A stretch of DNA of 64,000 nt from Sphaerodactylus townsendi (taxonomy: Eukaryota). The stretch covers positions 31,806,001 to 31,870,000 of the forward strand of contig NC_059436.1 of NCBI RefSeq assembly GCF_021028975.2, in the 5' to 3' direction. Under the pieces are notes generated by a model. The model had not been told where the DNA came from and did not search any database. It saw nothing but the letters and a program-made list of their open reading frames with translations. Numbering within the stretch: position 1 is the stretch's first letter; each line of letters begins with the position of its first letter. Below are positions 1 through 23,934 of this stretch, in pieces. A program made the position numbers and the translations under genes.

Positions 1-140
1 GCTCCTTCCGCACATGCAGAATAATGCACGTTCAAACTGCTTTCAATGCTCTTTGAAGCTGTGCGGAATAGCAAAATCCACTTGCAAACAGTTGTGAAAG
101 TGACTTGAAAACGCATTATTCTGTGTGTGCGGAAGGGGCC
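1..140. mobile_element. Harbinger/PIF-like MITE (left end clipped by the window)
   Basis: Terminal inverted repeat CCTTCCGCACA...TGTGCGGAAGGGGCC; a homologous copy lies in reverse orientation at 40936-41075. Confidence 0.7.
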
Positions 141-299
141 ATAGTTTTTTTAACCTATCCCTAGTCAATGTTGCCCTTCTTGAACCAGGATGAAAACACC
201 AGCTATATGCTCAAACACACAAGCCCATTCTATTAACCAAAGAAAAAATTCCAAGCCAAACAGGTGCACTTAAATAATTAAGATATTTAATCAAACCCT

Positions 300-1262
300 C
301 TGTTCAGCGGAGGTGAATTTGTTGGTGACCCCCTGCCCCTCTGTGATGTGGCTGTCCTCCACCAGGGCCAGGGCTTTTACAGCTCTGGCCCCTGCCTGGT
401 GGAACACTCTTTCTCCAGCTGTCAGGGCCCTGCAGGACCTTGGAGAGTTCCATAGGGCCTGCAAAACTGAGCTGTTCCACCAGGCTTTTTTTGGGGGGGG
501 GGGGGGGGGCTCGCCACTGAGTTACTGTCCCTTCCTGTTGCCCTATATACCAGTGATGGCGAACTTGTGGCACAGGTGCCAGTGGCGGCACTCGGAGCCG
601 TCTCTGTGGGCACGCACACACAGAGTTCATCATGTGGGGGGGCAGAAAATCACACACACACACCCCACACATCTAGACTGGCCTGGGCCACTGAGCACGA
701 CATGTGCGCACCATGGTGACCAGGGAGGACTTGGCTGGCGGGCCTGGTGCCTATGCTCCGGGTGACTTCTGCCGGGAGGGGGGGCGCAGAGGACGCAGAG
801 ATGCTAGAGAGCCACAGAGGGGTGCACACAGGACTTGCTGAAGGCTAGAGCAGGCTGGCCCCTGCTCGAGCAGGTGGGGCAGAGGAAGAGGGAGCCAACC
901 AGTTTTTCTAAACTAAAACCTCAGAATTCAGGTTAAATTGCCGGGTTGGGACTTTGCGATAAATAACTGGGGTTTGGGTTGCAATTTGGGCACTCAGTCT
1001 TAAAAAGGTTCACCATCACTGCTATATACCATCTGTCTTTTCTTTTTCGGCAATTTGCCAGTCCCCTCCCGGGCGTAGGACCGGACGCCATCCACCAAAT
1101 TGTGGGCGGTTTGTATCACTGCTACTGATTTTATTTTATTGGTTGTATGTATTTTAATGATGTTATTTGATGTTTCTCTGTATTTTGTTATTTATTGGCT
1201 TGTATACTGCTCTGAGCCCTCCGAGGGAGAGCGGTTTATTAAATCAAATTTATAATAATAAT
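300..1262 (+). mobile_element. L2-type LINE 3' fragment interrupted by a hAT MITE
   Basis: LSSTRARAFTALAPAWWN matches the L2 copy at 48000-48100. 3' tail GCTCTGAGCCCTCCGAGGGAGAGCGG followed by (TAA)n. Confidence 0.7.
551..1021 (+). mobile_element. Non-autonomous hAT DNA transposon
   Basis: TIR CAGTGATGGCGAAC...GTTCACCATCACTG; perfect 8-bp TSD CTATATAC (543-550 and 1022-1029). Same family as 24737-25218 and 43231-43724. Confidence 0.88.
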
Positions 1263-1368
1263 AAGATTTAAGGGAGCAGAGATCAGCAAAAAACAAAAAC
1301 ACACCACAGTGAACCCGCCTGCCAGAGGAAGTTCAGGACACAGAAAAAAATACACCAGTCATACTTAC

Positions 1369-4300
1369 TATATCCACTTCCTCAGCCTCACTGGCTGTAT
1401 ACTGCAAAACCTCAGAGGTCTCACTGGAAATAAAAAGTCTAAACGTCAAATCCCTGGATACAGAAAATGCAACCATTAATCTAAAATCACCAGGAATGGT
1501 TACTACAAAATGTAAATCCTGATCCTCCTGTGGTTATAGAAGAGAGTTACGTTAAAGCTCTGGGCCTATCTCAGCCACCTTCCCACATGGATGTGCCACA
1601 TTTTGACAACATGCTCAGTGGTGAAAAGGGAATGCAGGATTTTTGCCTCCTTCCCATCCCCCAAAGCGGCTTTAGAAAATATTCTAGCAAATATTAAGAT
1701 AGTAACATTTTATCTCGATAGACTATTTCAGATTCACTCTGCTGTGAATAATCCTTCCCCATACCAAGACAACTATGCCCTCTCAGTCTGACTCCAAGAA
1801 CTTTCCTTGATTCTAGAAACTCTTTGCAATTTAGCATTAATTTTTCACAACCTACAAAAATTCTTACATCGCTAATAGAGGAGACGCTTTCTTTCATAAA
1901 AACAGAGGGCTTGAAACTCAGAAGATGAACAGGGGTCAATCAAAAGTCACAAGGGGAATGGTTTAAATACATCAAGAATAGTCAACACAGTGCCAAAGGC
2001 ATCATTAATGAATGCACAATTCTATCCAAAAGGTAACTAACCTGATTTCTGGCAGAAAAGATTTCTTATAGCTGTCTTCAATGCTCTGAAGATAAGCAGA
2101 TGACACCTTTTTTTCATATGGCTAAAAAGAAAACAAAGGTATTCAAACTATTGACTGTGACAAAAATGTTCAAGCCCTCTGTTTACAGCTCATATCTATC
2201 AGCGTTACATTAAAAAAGACAAACTGAGCCTTTACAGTCCATAGCAGGGACAGAATGAACACTTCCTCCACCTTCATCTTAAAAGGTACCAGTAGACCAG
2301 TGAGAACAATAAAATGTAAAAAAAAATCAAGTAACCTTTATTGGCATAACAATATCGCGGTATTCAATAAAATGTCATTTCTCGCGTCATTAAACAGGAG
2401 TCCAGTGGAACATTAACATCTAGCAGAATTTATCCTAGTAAATGCTTTTGTGAATCCAAAGTCATGTCAACAGATGCATACAGATGCACACAAAACAAGT
2501 GAATTTTATACTTCAAGTAGGATGGAAGGAGGAAGGAAAGAAATACTCTTTCCACCTTCAAACACTGCATACCCTTTTCATCTGACAGTGAGCATGAGAC
2601 CTCAGTATGCGGGGTAGTTACCATTGCTATTTATACAGCATGATGGTTTTGCACATTTATTACTCTCATGGTCTCTTAATCAAGCATTCAACTAAGAAGT
2701 TTAGAATGACGAATTAGGAGTGAATCCTTATATTCAGGATTACTACCTTATCAGCCCTTGCCAGCATTTCCAAATTAGTGGTGATGCGAATCCCAGGCAC
2801 TCCAGATAGCAGGGATTACCTCCATCAGCCCCTGCCAGCATGGCCATGCTGGCAGGGGGTGATGGGAATTGTAGTCCATAACATCTGGAGTGCCAAAGGT
2901 TCGCCACCACTGATCTAAACCACTGGCACTGGAATGTAAGGCTGAACAGGACAGTATAAATAGTGAACTACAAACAAAACCTGGCAGGTTAGGTGAACTG
3001 AAAGTATGCACAAGGAGATTCACTGATACTAATAGTAGAATTATAAGAGGTGGCTTCAGTCAGAAAGGCTAAAAAAATAACAGAAAGGTCAAATCTAGTC
3101 CAGAGGAAGAGCAGCCCAACAATACTGGAGCCACTGGGAGAGGTGAAGAGTCAGACAGGCTGCTCAAGTTGCCTCAAGCAATTTTGTTTCCTTTAAAGCC
3201 AAGCAAGGCAAGCCCGGCAGGATTTCAATCTTCTGGCACTTCACTGCCTTAGCGTTAGTCTGCCAACTTCACCAAAGTTGAGGATGAAGCTGCACATCAA
3301 AAACCTACTGCGGACTCACCTCTCCTTTCTCTTCGATTCTCTTCATCACTTCTGGGACAGGTACGTCGATATAAATGACAAGATGAGGAGGCAAGACCTC
3401 ACAAATGCTCAGGTGCTTGGTCTTCTCATAGTGCTCTACGCCTGTAATAAAAAGCCAGACAAATGCAACGGAAAACTGAATCAGCAAAAGAGATGATTAA
3501 AGTGCCAGATGCCAGGAAGAGTCAACAACAAGCAGCAACTTAGAAGCAAACGTTGAGACAATGCTGTGCCTGCAGGTGTGCTCTCAAATACATCAAATGT
3601 GTCAACACAAGAAGCTGTGGCTACCTATCCGTCTGTGGTGAACAAGGATCGTTTTCCAATTATCAGGTGAACATTCTTCCCAGAAGACTCAGTACAGAGG
3701 CACTATTTCACACAGCAATGGGCTACTGAGCTCTCCTCTCCTTCCAGTTCTGAGAGCTTTCTCTAAAACTAGAAAACAGAGTAGAATGCATATCATGAAA
3801 GGGACAGTGAGCCCAGATTAAAAGGGCGGGAAGTTAGAAATACTTCCTTGCAGTTGCTAAAACTTCCGCACAATAGGTGGGAAGGATAAAGCACAACCGC
3901 AATCGGAGAAAAATCTGGTTCCGTTTCAGTTTTTGAGATCATCAGAAATAGCAACAAAGAAAAAAATATTGTTTAAAGGAATCCTCCACAATGACCAGAT
4001 GCTTCACTGACTAACTGAATCAATTCTGAGAGTTAACTACATCAGCCCATTACCCATATTTTCTTCTGCTTGAGTTCCACTGGCTGCATTAAGACAGCCT
4101 AGAAGAAACTACTTCCGAAATTCTAGTACCACACATCCCGTAAGATGGACAGAAGACTGATGAAATTATTTCTCTGGTTTGTATTGCAAAGGAAAAAAAA
4201 TAAGTGGCTGGCTAGGCCTGGGCATTGGCACAGACAAACAGTGAATGGATATGTGGAAAGATTAAATGCTGATAAAAGAAGCCGGAAGATAATGTACACG

Positions 4301-6456
4301 GGGTAGCTTGGGTAATAATTTACAGACAAACAACCAGCCATTCCTACTTTCTCATCCATCAATTACACATTTCCCATCCTTCCTCCAATAAGCTCAGAGC
4401 TGTGTCCATGAACATAAAAATCCCATTTCCTCCCCTTTCACAACTTTTGAGATGGGCCAATCATTTATGCTCCCTCGTCTAACATCACACAGTACACTTC
4501 ATGAAATAGCATGGATTCAAACCCAGATTTATGTTCAACACAAAATACTGCATCATACTACCTCCAATAATTCTTCAGCTTTGAGTTTACAGGAGTATTA
4601 TATTCTCCCGTCTTTTCTTCTAAAAAGAAATTACTTACACCTTTTGTGAATGTAGCCTTGCTTAAACATTGCATCCAAGAATACAAAATCACTGTAGGGG
4701 GAGCGTTCCAGTACTACTCCTTGTCCTAGAATCAAATAAAAAGTCACATGTGAGAAACACAGAAGTCTTATTTAGAAGATTACACTGAAATTAATTATTT
4801 GCAGGGCAGTCTTCTGTAGATTTACTCCAATAAGCCAACTAAAATTGTTTCGTATCATTAACAAAGAAATACTCTGTTTGCAAAAACATTTTCAACAAGA
4901 TATCCTGGAAACTAGACTTACAAATATTCATATATTTGAGAGCTGCTCTTGGTAGCCTACTGACTAGCTAAGTTCTTCAGTTATGTTTTTATTTTTGTTG
5001 TATTTATTCTCCCAAAATAAAAGCCCAACTTCCATGGTTAAGATTCATTCAGAAACACAAACCTCAAGATCAATTACCTGTAGCCAGGAGGTGTTCTAAT
5101 GCATCACCGTACTGCAAAAGGCGGTTACTGTACAACCAGTATTGAAGGCGGTATGAATTTCCGTTTGGATTTTTAGGATCATTGTAGAATGTCTCCAGGC
5201 TACAATTGCCATTGAATTTTGATTCCAGAATTGATCCATCTACTGTAACCTTATCTAAATAATGAATATCTGCCTCTGGGAAGTAGCGCATATCTGGAAA
5301 GGAGCAATCAAATGTTTAGGTTAAATGGGGTGGGGGGGGGGGGAGAGCAGAGATTGTCTCATCTATATGAGACTAACAACCCAATCAAGAACTCCTAGTG
5401 GTGGAGTGAAGTACTGCCTTGACACCACCCTGCTACCTCCAAGAGGGCTTTTGGCAGCACTGGGAGGCAAAAAAGAAAGCCTTCTTGCTGCCAAAAAGCC
5501 CTCCACTGGGCTATATGGACTTACACCGCCCAAAAGGGTGACATAAACCCAAGTCCCTGGTGTTCCAGCCCACAAAGTCTAGATGGCAGCCAACAAATGT
5601 TGGCTTTACCTTTGGCCACACCTTCAGAACACCCCCGCTATGTTGGGAGAGGCAGAGCGGGCACAAGGCTGCTGTGGCTGCCCGCTAGCAGATTTGCCCC
5701 TCCTCTGGGGTAAGTGCCCTAGGGAAGATAAATTCACCAGCACAGCCCTGCACTGCTTCCATAGGCAGATTCCCTGCCCCCAGGCTATTTGGATGCTATG
5801 CTTAGTTGATTAAGCAATTAGACTGTTTAAAATAGTTTGATCGATTAATCAAAATCCCCAAGATTAATTAGGTGACAGATTGTTTTTAAAAGACTTATTA
5901 TTCTAACAGAACTGCTTACAAACCAGCTGGTAGCAAATGCCTCTTTTAGAAGAACATTCTTCATCTCACACACAGGTGGGGTTGCCTTTCCAAAATAATA
6001 CCTACTCTAATACATATGGATCATGTACTTTTTTCTTCAGATCCACAAGAAAGCTTATGCTGATTCAAACAGTTAATCAGTTTAAATACATGTGATTTAT
6101 TGACTAACATTTAATAGCATGCTATAATTGTAAACTTCATATCATCATAGAGTTGGAAGAGACCCCAAGGGCCATCAAGTCCAACCCCCTGCCATATAGG
6201 AACGCACAATCAAACCATTCCCGACATATGTTCATCCAGCCTCTGTTTAAAAACCTCCAAAGGAGACTCCACTTCCTGCTTTCCTCAGTCACCAAAAGCC
6301 AGCCTGAATCAAAAAGTTGCTCAGACGCTGGGCTAACAGACATTCTACATTTCCAACAAAGAACCAACAGCAGTAGTATACCTAAGAAACGCCAGAAGAA
6401 TACTGGCACAAAAATCGCAATGAAAGCAGGAATGATTGATTGATTGATTGATTGAC

Positions 6457-6489
<33 letters not shown>

Positions 6490-8542
6490 TTTATAGGCCA
6501 CCTCACCCCAAAGGGCTCGATTATGGGATTTTAGACATTTTAACTTAGCCCCAAACACCTAACTCTCGGTTATTTTTACTCAGAGATCAAGAGCATTACA
6601 GAAATACTCAAAATTATATAAAGATACGTGCTTAGCTTTTCTGCTATCTGCTCTGCCAGTTTGCCTTTGCCGCTGCGTAAATTGCCATCCACTGTGAAAA
6701 CTTTGCTGAATGCATTAAACTTCTTAGTTGTTCTCTCTCCCAGCACATAGGCCAGCCAGCCATATTTCAGGTTCCAATTACTGCTAACATGAAGCTTTGC
6801 CTAGGAAAAAAGTCAGACCAAATCTAGTTAAGTTTATGGCCACTTCAATGCTTTTCAACACCAACACCAACATAAAGCACCAAGCAGCCATATAGGAAAA
6901 AATTACCAAAGTTTGGAGAGTCATCTGATCCTGTAAGGGGGGAGGGCAAATTGCCATTTATAAGTTAGAACTCCACAACAGCCAAAAGCAGAATGGTTGA
7001 GTAAGGATAGGGGGAATAAAATTCAACTCCGAAAACAACAAATGCATAATATATTTTATTAAGACCAATGAAAATGTCACAAAACAATAGGAAATCCTTT
7101 TATTCTTTCAAAATTCTTCATCAGGCTGACTGTTAAAAAAAGAGGAGAGAGGAAAGGAAATCACATGGAAAAAGACCACCTTGCAACTCACGTGCCTTCT
7201 GAAATATACCTAGCTTATTAAACAGCCAAACCCTGTACCCAATGAAGTCAACCAAGCATCCTACAGAATGGACACAAGGGGGTGAGGGTTTAACACCACA
7301 GCATGAAAAATACTTCCCTCTCTTTATTTTTAACATCCATGGATATTAACTTGGACCACTGCCGCTACCAGTAATAACTTACAGTTCTGAACTACTTCCT
7401 TGTTCCGCAGAACAGCCTAATTCTTTGGGCTATAATTTGGGAACTCTTCACAGCTGCACAGGTCTACCCTACCTAGGATGACAAACCTCATCTGGGGAAA
7501 TTCTTGGGAGATTTGAAGGTAGTGCCCGATAAGGATGACGTCTGGGGAGGGAAGTGAGTTCAGGGAGGATGTGATGCCATCTGCCCTCTGCAGCTACCAT
7601 TTGAAGAAGAGTTCGGATTTATACCCCCCTTTCTCTCCTGTAAGGAAACTCAAAGGGGTTGACAATCTCCTTCCCCCCTCACAACAAACACCCTGTGAGG
7701 TAGGTGGAGCTGAGAGAGCTCAGAAGAACTGTGACTAGCCCAAGGTCACCCAGCTAGCATGTGTTGGAATGCACAGGCTAATCTAGTTCCCCAGATAAGC
7801 CTCCACAGGTCGTGACAGAACACGGAATCAAACCCGGTTCTCCAGATTAGAGTGCACCGCCTCAACAGCTTCCCATCAGCGGTTACTTCTGAGAGATACC
7901 TCCAAATTCCCAAGCAACAGAGACTATGCTGTTGCAGATGTGGATCTCCTGAAACCATATCTCATATCCTCCTGGAATGTCATCTTCATAGTAACCTGTG
8001 CATGATTTTAATCCACCCTTTGTTGCTTCCAAGGCTTAATCACTCTAAATTCCAAACCATTTGCTTTTTGTTAAGTGATTGTAGTCCATCGATTACCTTG
8101 GCAGTGGCTAAGTTCTTGGAAAACATTTTAAATACCAATATTTAAATGTTTTAAATTGTAAATATTTTTGCAATTTTATACGCCATTAAAGGTTAAATTG
8201 ATTAGAGTGCACCTGCTCTTAACCACTACGCCACTGCTGTCTCACTACTGTTCCTCTTGGGGAACTGATCTGTGATCCAGAAGTAAAAATTCCAGGATAA
8301 GTCCAGGTTCCACTTTGAGGTTGGTAACCCTAGCACTGCCCAGCATCAGGGGAGCAAGCACAGCCTCACGACGCCTGGAACATCCAGATGTTCAGAGGAA
8401 AACAAGCCAAATGCAGAGTTATTTGAAACACAACCAGGCACACACAAACACACTCCTAGGCCCACCCGCCTCGCCTCACCGCTCGCAGAGCACTCAGCCC
8501 CGAGCGGCTCCGAACTCCACAGAGTACCGGCCCCAAGGACAT
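1369..8542 (-). CDS. NDUFA10: NADH:ubiquinone oxidoreductase subunit A10 (complex I, deoxynucleoside-kinase-like fold); exons 1-7, 3' part lies beyond the left edge
   Basis: Exons (minus): 8542-8480, 6800-6632, 5293-5078, 4725-4639, 3441-3320, 2121-2042, 1423-1369; phases are consistent. Peptide includes [21 protein letters not shown] (transit-like), [16 protein letters not shown] (P-loop-like), [44 protein letters not shown]. All introns are GT-AG except intron 2 (GC donor). Confidence 0.96.
2790..2912. mobile_element. Short palindromic hAT-like MITE (GGACTACAATTCCCATCAGCCCC family)
   Basis: Internal inverted repeat; related copies at about 32005-32130, 36001-36136 and 62739-62870. Confidence 0.65.
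6140..6270 (-). mobile_element. CR1 LINE 3' end
   Basis: ATCATAGAGTTGGAAGAGACCCCAAGGGCCATCAAGTCCAACCCCCTGCC is the typical reverse-complemented CR1 3' UTR and tail. Confidence 0.7.
6433..6485. repeat. (TGAT)n microsatellite
   Basis: Direct observation; it abuts an L2-type tail remnant. Confidence 0.9.
7603..8240 (-). mobile_element. tRNA-derived, CTT-tailed SINE (Squam3-like) split by a LINE fragment
   Basis: Matches the family copies at 41578-41870 and 58533-58830. The head lies at 8200-8240 and the body and tail at 7603-7858. Confidence 0.8.
7859..8199 (+). mobile_element. 5'-truncated non-LTR retrotransposon (RTE-X-like) 3' end
   Basis: Encodes the C-terminal Cys/His motif [20 protein letters not shown]. 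Flanked by a 14-bp TSD GATTAGAGTGCACC (7845-7858 and 8200-8213). Confidence 0.75.
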
Positions 8543-8934
8543 GACGACCTAGGACGGAGGGACAGGCGCCACGGTCGCCTACTTCTCCTGCGCCTTTGAC
8601 TGCCGCGGGCCCTCCTCAATCTGCGTGAACTCGCGTCGCGGGCAGATGACGATAAAGACACCACAAACTCCGGTCGCCTCGGCGATGGCGTCAAGCGTGG
8701 ATGCCAGGAGAGGCGGGACATTGGTTTGTATCATCTTTCTCATTGGGGCGCGGTACTGACATTCGTGAGGAACCGGGCTATAGCCGTGTCAGAAGCGGCA
8801 GCCTTTTGTTTCGCTCCTAGAGGTTCGTTCGCTTCATCTGCTACGTCTTTCTGCCACTCCCCCTGGGGGGGAGGAACAGGGCCGCCGCCTGGCCCCGAGG
8901 AGCTCTCCAGCCGTTTTCCCCCTACCGTGTAGCC
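8543..8934. promoter_or_regulatory. CpG-rich bidirectional promoter shared by NDUFA10 and FHIP2B
   Basis: Only 392 bp separate the two divergent ATGs (8542 and 8935). CpG-dense, with two ATTGG (reverse CCAAT) at 8720 and 8742, a GC-box-like GGGGCGCGG at 8745 and a YY1-like GATGGCG near 8684. Confidence 0.8.
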
Positions 8935-19819
<10,885 letters not shown>

Positions 19820-21637
19820 GACACAGGCACAGCTTCAGCCAAGGCCTGGAAGGGCAAGCAGCTCTGGATGCTACAACTTTCTTGTCTTTTAGGCAACAAC
19901 CTTCTGCTGCTTTTGCTTGCAGCCAGGGGCTGGCTAAGGCACTTGTGGCAGCTGCAGGCTCGGTGCACTTGAGAGCACAGCAATCACTTGCAAAGCTACC
20001 ACCAACAGTGGCTGTTCACTCCCCCAGGGACAAGCAAAAAAATGACATCCTGTAGGACCCTGTTGAGTCCTACCATGTCCTTAGTGGAAAAGGCTGGCTC
20101 AGGATCAAAAGGACCCGAAGGAGTGAGAGCTGGCACTTAACACCAAACCAGACAACTCGCCCGAAGAGCCTCAGTTTCACCTCTGCCTCTTCCTGGTGTT
20201 GCACACGTCATCCCAGCCTCTCCACAGTCAAGTTCATCTCTGCTGCAGCAAGAGCAGCCCCAGCTATTAGTTGGTTCCAAGACTGGCGTTCAAAGCAGAT
20301 GTGACTACCTCTCCTGCCTCAGCCAAAGGCTACTGGCTCAACACCAGCATTAGAGGACATGGATGAGTCCTGCCCTGTTTTGCCTTTTTTTTTCTGATGA
20401 AGATACAGATTACTGGGTGCTGCTTTTGGGATCTGTCTTGTTACATTTAATGGCCTTTGACAGTTGGTAATCTACTCTAACTTGCCTCTTCCCTTGCCAC
20501 CCTTTCTAGCCCTGCTCTTCAAGGAAGAATTGCTCCATTCTTTGTATCTTGTGTTCTGTCATACAGCCCGCAAAAACGAGCACTAAACTGAGTGAAATGG
20601 ACAAAAATTGGAGGTGGAGAAATCACATAGGACTTTTATTCTGTCAAATACTTTCCAAGTGCAATAAATGATAGACAGGGAAAACTGCCTACAGCAAGCT
20701 GGCACACTTCATTGTCTCCCAGTAATCCCGCCCCCCCATTTACAGTGCTGGTCATATTGACTTTTATCAGTGCCTCAAATAAAAGGAAGCTGTGGGAAGA
20801 ATTGAGTCCTTGGGTCATTCAGAGTGGCAACCTAAATCACTAGCAACCTTGCAAGATACTTGGGAAAGAGTAAGATTTGGCCACAGTGTTTTTTTAATTA
20901 GAAAACACATGGCTGGTCCCAATTCTGTATCTTCTAACCCCTCCCCCCAGCCTTCATTAACCAAAAATGCCAACCACGTGGAGGACAGTGGGCTTTTATT
21001 GGTTTTGTACAAAGCCATAGGTATTGCCGTGTTGAATTCTGTGGAGTACGGCTGAGAATCCAGGATAAGAGGTCCCAGCAAAACAAAACAAAACAAAAAC
21101 CAGCACTGAGCATCAGGTTCTTTTTGGTCTTTTGCAACAGTGTCAAGGATGCAGAAGCAACTCTCTAATATTGCAAAAGCCATGCTGTGAATACATTAGA
21201 AAAAAAGATATGTTCCTCAGATGTTAGAAACTGGCAGATTTCAGCCTCCCATGCAGAGCAGGCAGGGATTCAGTGACAGCCTAGTATTCCTCAAGTGATA
21301 AAGTTAACACCGGTAAATTCCTGATATTTAGACAGATGTTATGCAAGTCCATACAAAAGCAGAAATGCTGTGTTACCATCAATGGTACTTTAGGCAGCTG
21401 CTAGTCTCCTGTTTCCATTCTACACTTCACCAAAGCACCTGCCCGACATCAAGCTGCATGTGCATCTTGGCCATGCCAAGGGCTTTTCTGGTTTGAAAAC
21501 TAGCTCTTTCATTGCAGACTGCAGCTTTACAAGACATAACAGTTTGGCTGTTGGGGATATGCATATTCCCAGCCCCAGGGAGCCAAACACCATCATATTG
21601 CAAGCTGTTCCATCCCTGTAACCAGTAAATAGGGGAC

Positions 21638-23296
21638 CTAGCTGTGGATAGGGATGAAGGATGCTGCGTTGAGCCTCTGAAGGACTCTGATCTTCAAGTC
21701 CTCGTCCTCAACCTTCCACCAGTGGAAGGCCCTGCTCTGCAATTCTGGAGGTTTCTCCTTTGAGCACTGGTCTCCAATTGTCACTACTGTGTTGAAGCAG
21801 ATGCCATCGCATTGGCCTGGCTCCTTGCCTAGGTGCTGTAGCCCAAGCAAGCCCCGGACTCGTATGTCCACAGTCGGGGATGGCAGGTGCATCTGGAGCA
21901 GCTGATGAATGGCCACCAGAAGTCCACCTCCCATCGCTGATCGAGACATATTACTCACAACTACAGGCAAGTGTGGAGCCCTTGCTGTGCTCAGGAGCAC
22001 CCACACAGCACCATTATTGTCAGTAAAAACGGCCAGGAACCGCTGACAGATCACAGCACAAGGCAGTTCTGCAGGCAGCGTAGGGGGGTGACTTGAGTTG
22101 GCTTGGTACTGCAGAGCAAGATCCATTAAGGGCACAATATCCCGAGATCGTAACTGCAGAGCAGGTGACTTCTGGTCCCACCACTGGGCCTGCAGTGATT
22201 CTTCATCTGCTTCCTGCAGGCTTTTCAGGGTGCCACCTAGAGAAACAACATTTGGGGTCAGGGCAGCTATCCCAAAGTGGTCGTCTCTCTGGTCCTGACT
22301 GACTTTGCAACAAACAATGGAACAGAAGTAGAAGCAGACCAAAAATACCCTTGGAGCCAAGCGACTTCCTATTCTACAGCAATAAGGGAATGACTCGAGC
22401 TTTTTTAAAAAAGCAAGCAAAGTTCTTCCACTTAGATGTTAAGCAATAACTGGGGTCTTTCCCCAGTGAGCAGAAAGGAGGAAACATTAATGCCTTCCCA
22501 ATCAGCGAAGGTCCCCTTCCTCCAACTCTAGGGTTCCCCTTCGGGATTGTTAAATTCAGCACTCTCCCGGGTATAAGAAAAATTACATGCAGAATTAGGA
22601 GAGGGATGAGTGACCACCTCAAACAAGCACCACTAGCCTCACAAGGGAGAGGAAAGAAGCTAATGGGCCCATCCAAGATCTACTAACCCCCCTGGCTTAG
22701 GTAAGTGAGTGGAGGCAACTGAGACTACTGCAGTGCTGCTAGAGCCCATTCAGCCCAGCCTTCTCCCTTCTTCAAGGCGAGGCTTCTGGCCATTCGCCCT
22801 CCAGCTCCCCACTGAGCCCCCCGAGAACGCACCGGTGGGTCTTGCCAGGAAAACAAAGCGCAGCCAGGTGGGGCCCCGCTCCTCGACGGCCAGCAGGGTG
22901 AGCGGCTGGCACTCCAAGCCCGTCTCCTCCTTCACCTCCCGCTGCATGGCCTCCACGATGGTCTCTCGGGGCTCCATCCGCCCCGCGGGCAAGTACCACA
23001 TCCCGTGGCACTCCAGCTTCGCCTCCTGCATCACCAGCACTTCGTTCTGCAAAGAGACGGCGGTCAAGCTCAGGCCGTCGGGGGTGGGGGGTGGGGGTAG
23101 GGGATAGGGCCGCCATCCAACCCGACGCCCTCCCGGTTCGGCTCACCTTCTGGTTCAGCAGCACCGCCATCACGACGTAGCAGGTATTCCTCCGCAGACG
23201 GACGGGCTGGACTGGCGGCGGGGGCCCGCCATCGTACTCCTCCAGGACAGGCCAGCCCTTCCCGTCCAACAGCAAGTCCAGCTCCTCTTCAGCCAT
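21638..23296 (-). CDS. NUDT18: Nudix hydrolase 18 (8-oxo-dGDP phosphatase, MTH3), about 320 aa, 3 exons
   Basis: Exons 23296-23147, 23046-22833, 22236-21638 (TAG); 963 nt in frame. Canonical Nudix box [23 protein letters not shown]; also [47 protein letters not shown]. Confidence 0.95.
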
Positions 23297-23560
23297 ATCT
23301 GCGACGCTCTCTACACATGCTTAGAGGCGCCGTCGCCCAGGATATCACAGGCAAGCCACCCATCCCATCTTGGCAGCGGGCAAGGGGCGGTGTTTTGCTC
23401 GCGGCGGGGGAGGGGGAGGGGCCGCGGCCGATTATGACGCTAGCGGAAGTGGAGGTGCTTGGCCTCGCCTTCAGAGCCTGGGGAAGTAGGTGGCTGTGCC
23501 AGGAGAGCGGTTGTTTTTATTTTACTCCGTTCTTGGAGGGATCGGGGAAGGGGGCCGGGA
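23297..23560. promoter_or_regulatory. CpG-rich promoter of NUDT18
   Basis: GC/CpG-rich segment upstream of the ATG, with GGGGCGG, GGGGAGGGG and an ETS-like GCGGAAGTG at about 23443. Confidence 0.6.
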
Positions 23561-23934
23561 GGTTGAGCTCACCATAGGATGAATTTGACGGAACCAGCTC
23601 ATTCTGGGAAAAGTAGCCGATGGGTTCTCCCTGGAATCCCCATGTTCAAAGGCAGTATTATTATTTATACGGTATGTGCTGCTTCTCTAGGGACCTGTTC
23701 CAGCCGGCTTACAAAGTAAAAATATAATGGAAACAGCATAGCTCTGCATGTCCAGTGAACGTTTTCTCTCCAGATCCCGGAGGGAGGGGATTTCGGTGGG
23801 GCCTCGCTGGGGCTCTCTCGCTCAGAGCGGGTCGCTTCCTACCCAGCCAGTCTGGTGGGAGTTGTTTTGTGGCATAAACGATGGTCCTGTCAAAGATCTA
23901 CTAACCCCCTGGCTTAGTGAACTGCAGCAACTGC

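Noticed and set aside
6620-6627. U12-type donor-like GTATCTTT in NDUFA10 intron 2
   Set aside because: It would give a phase-2 junction incompatible with the exon 3 acceptor, and there is no convincing U12 branch point.
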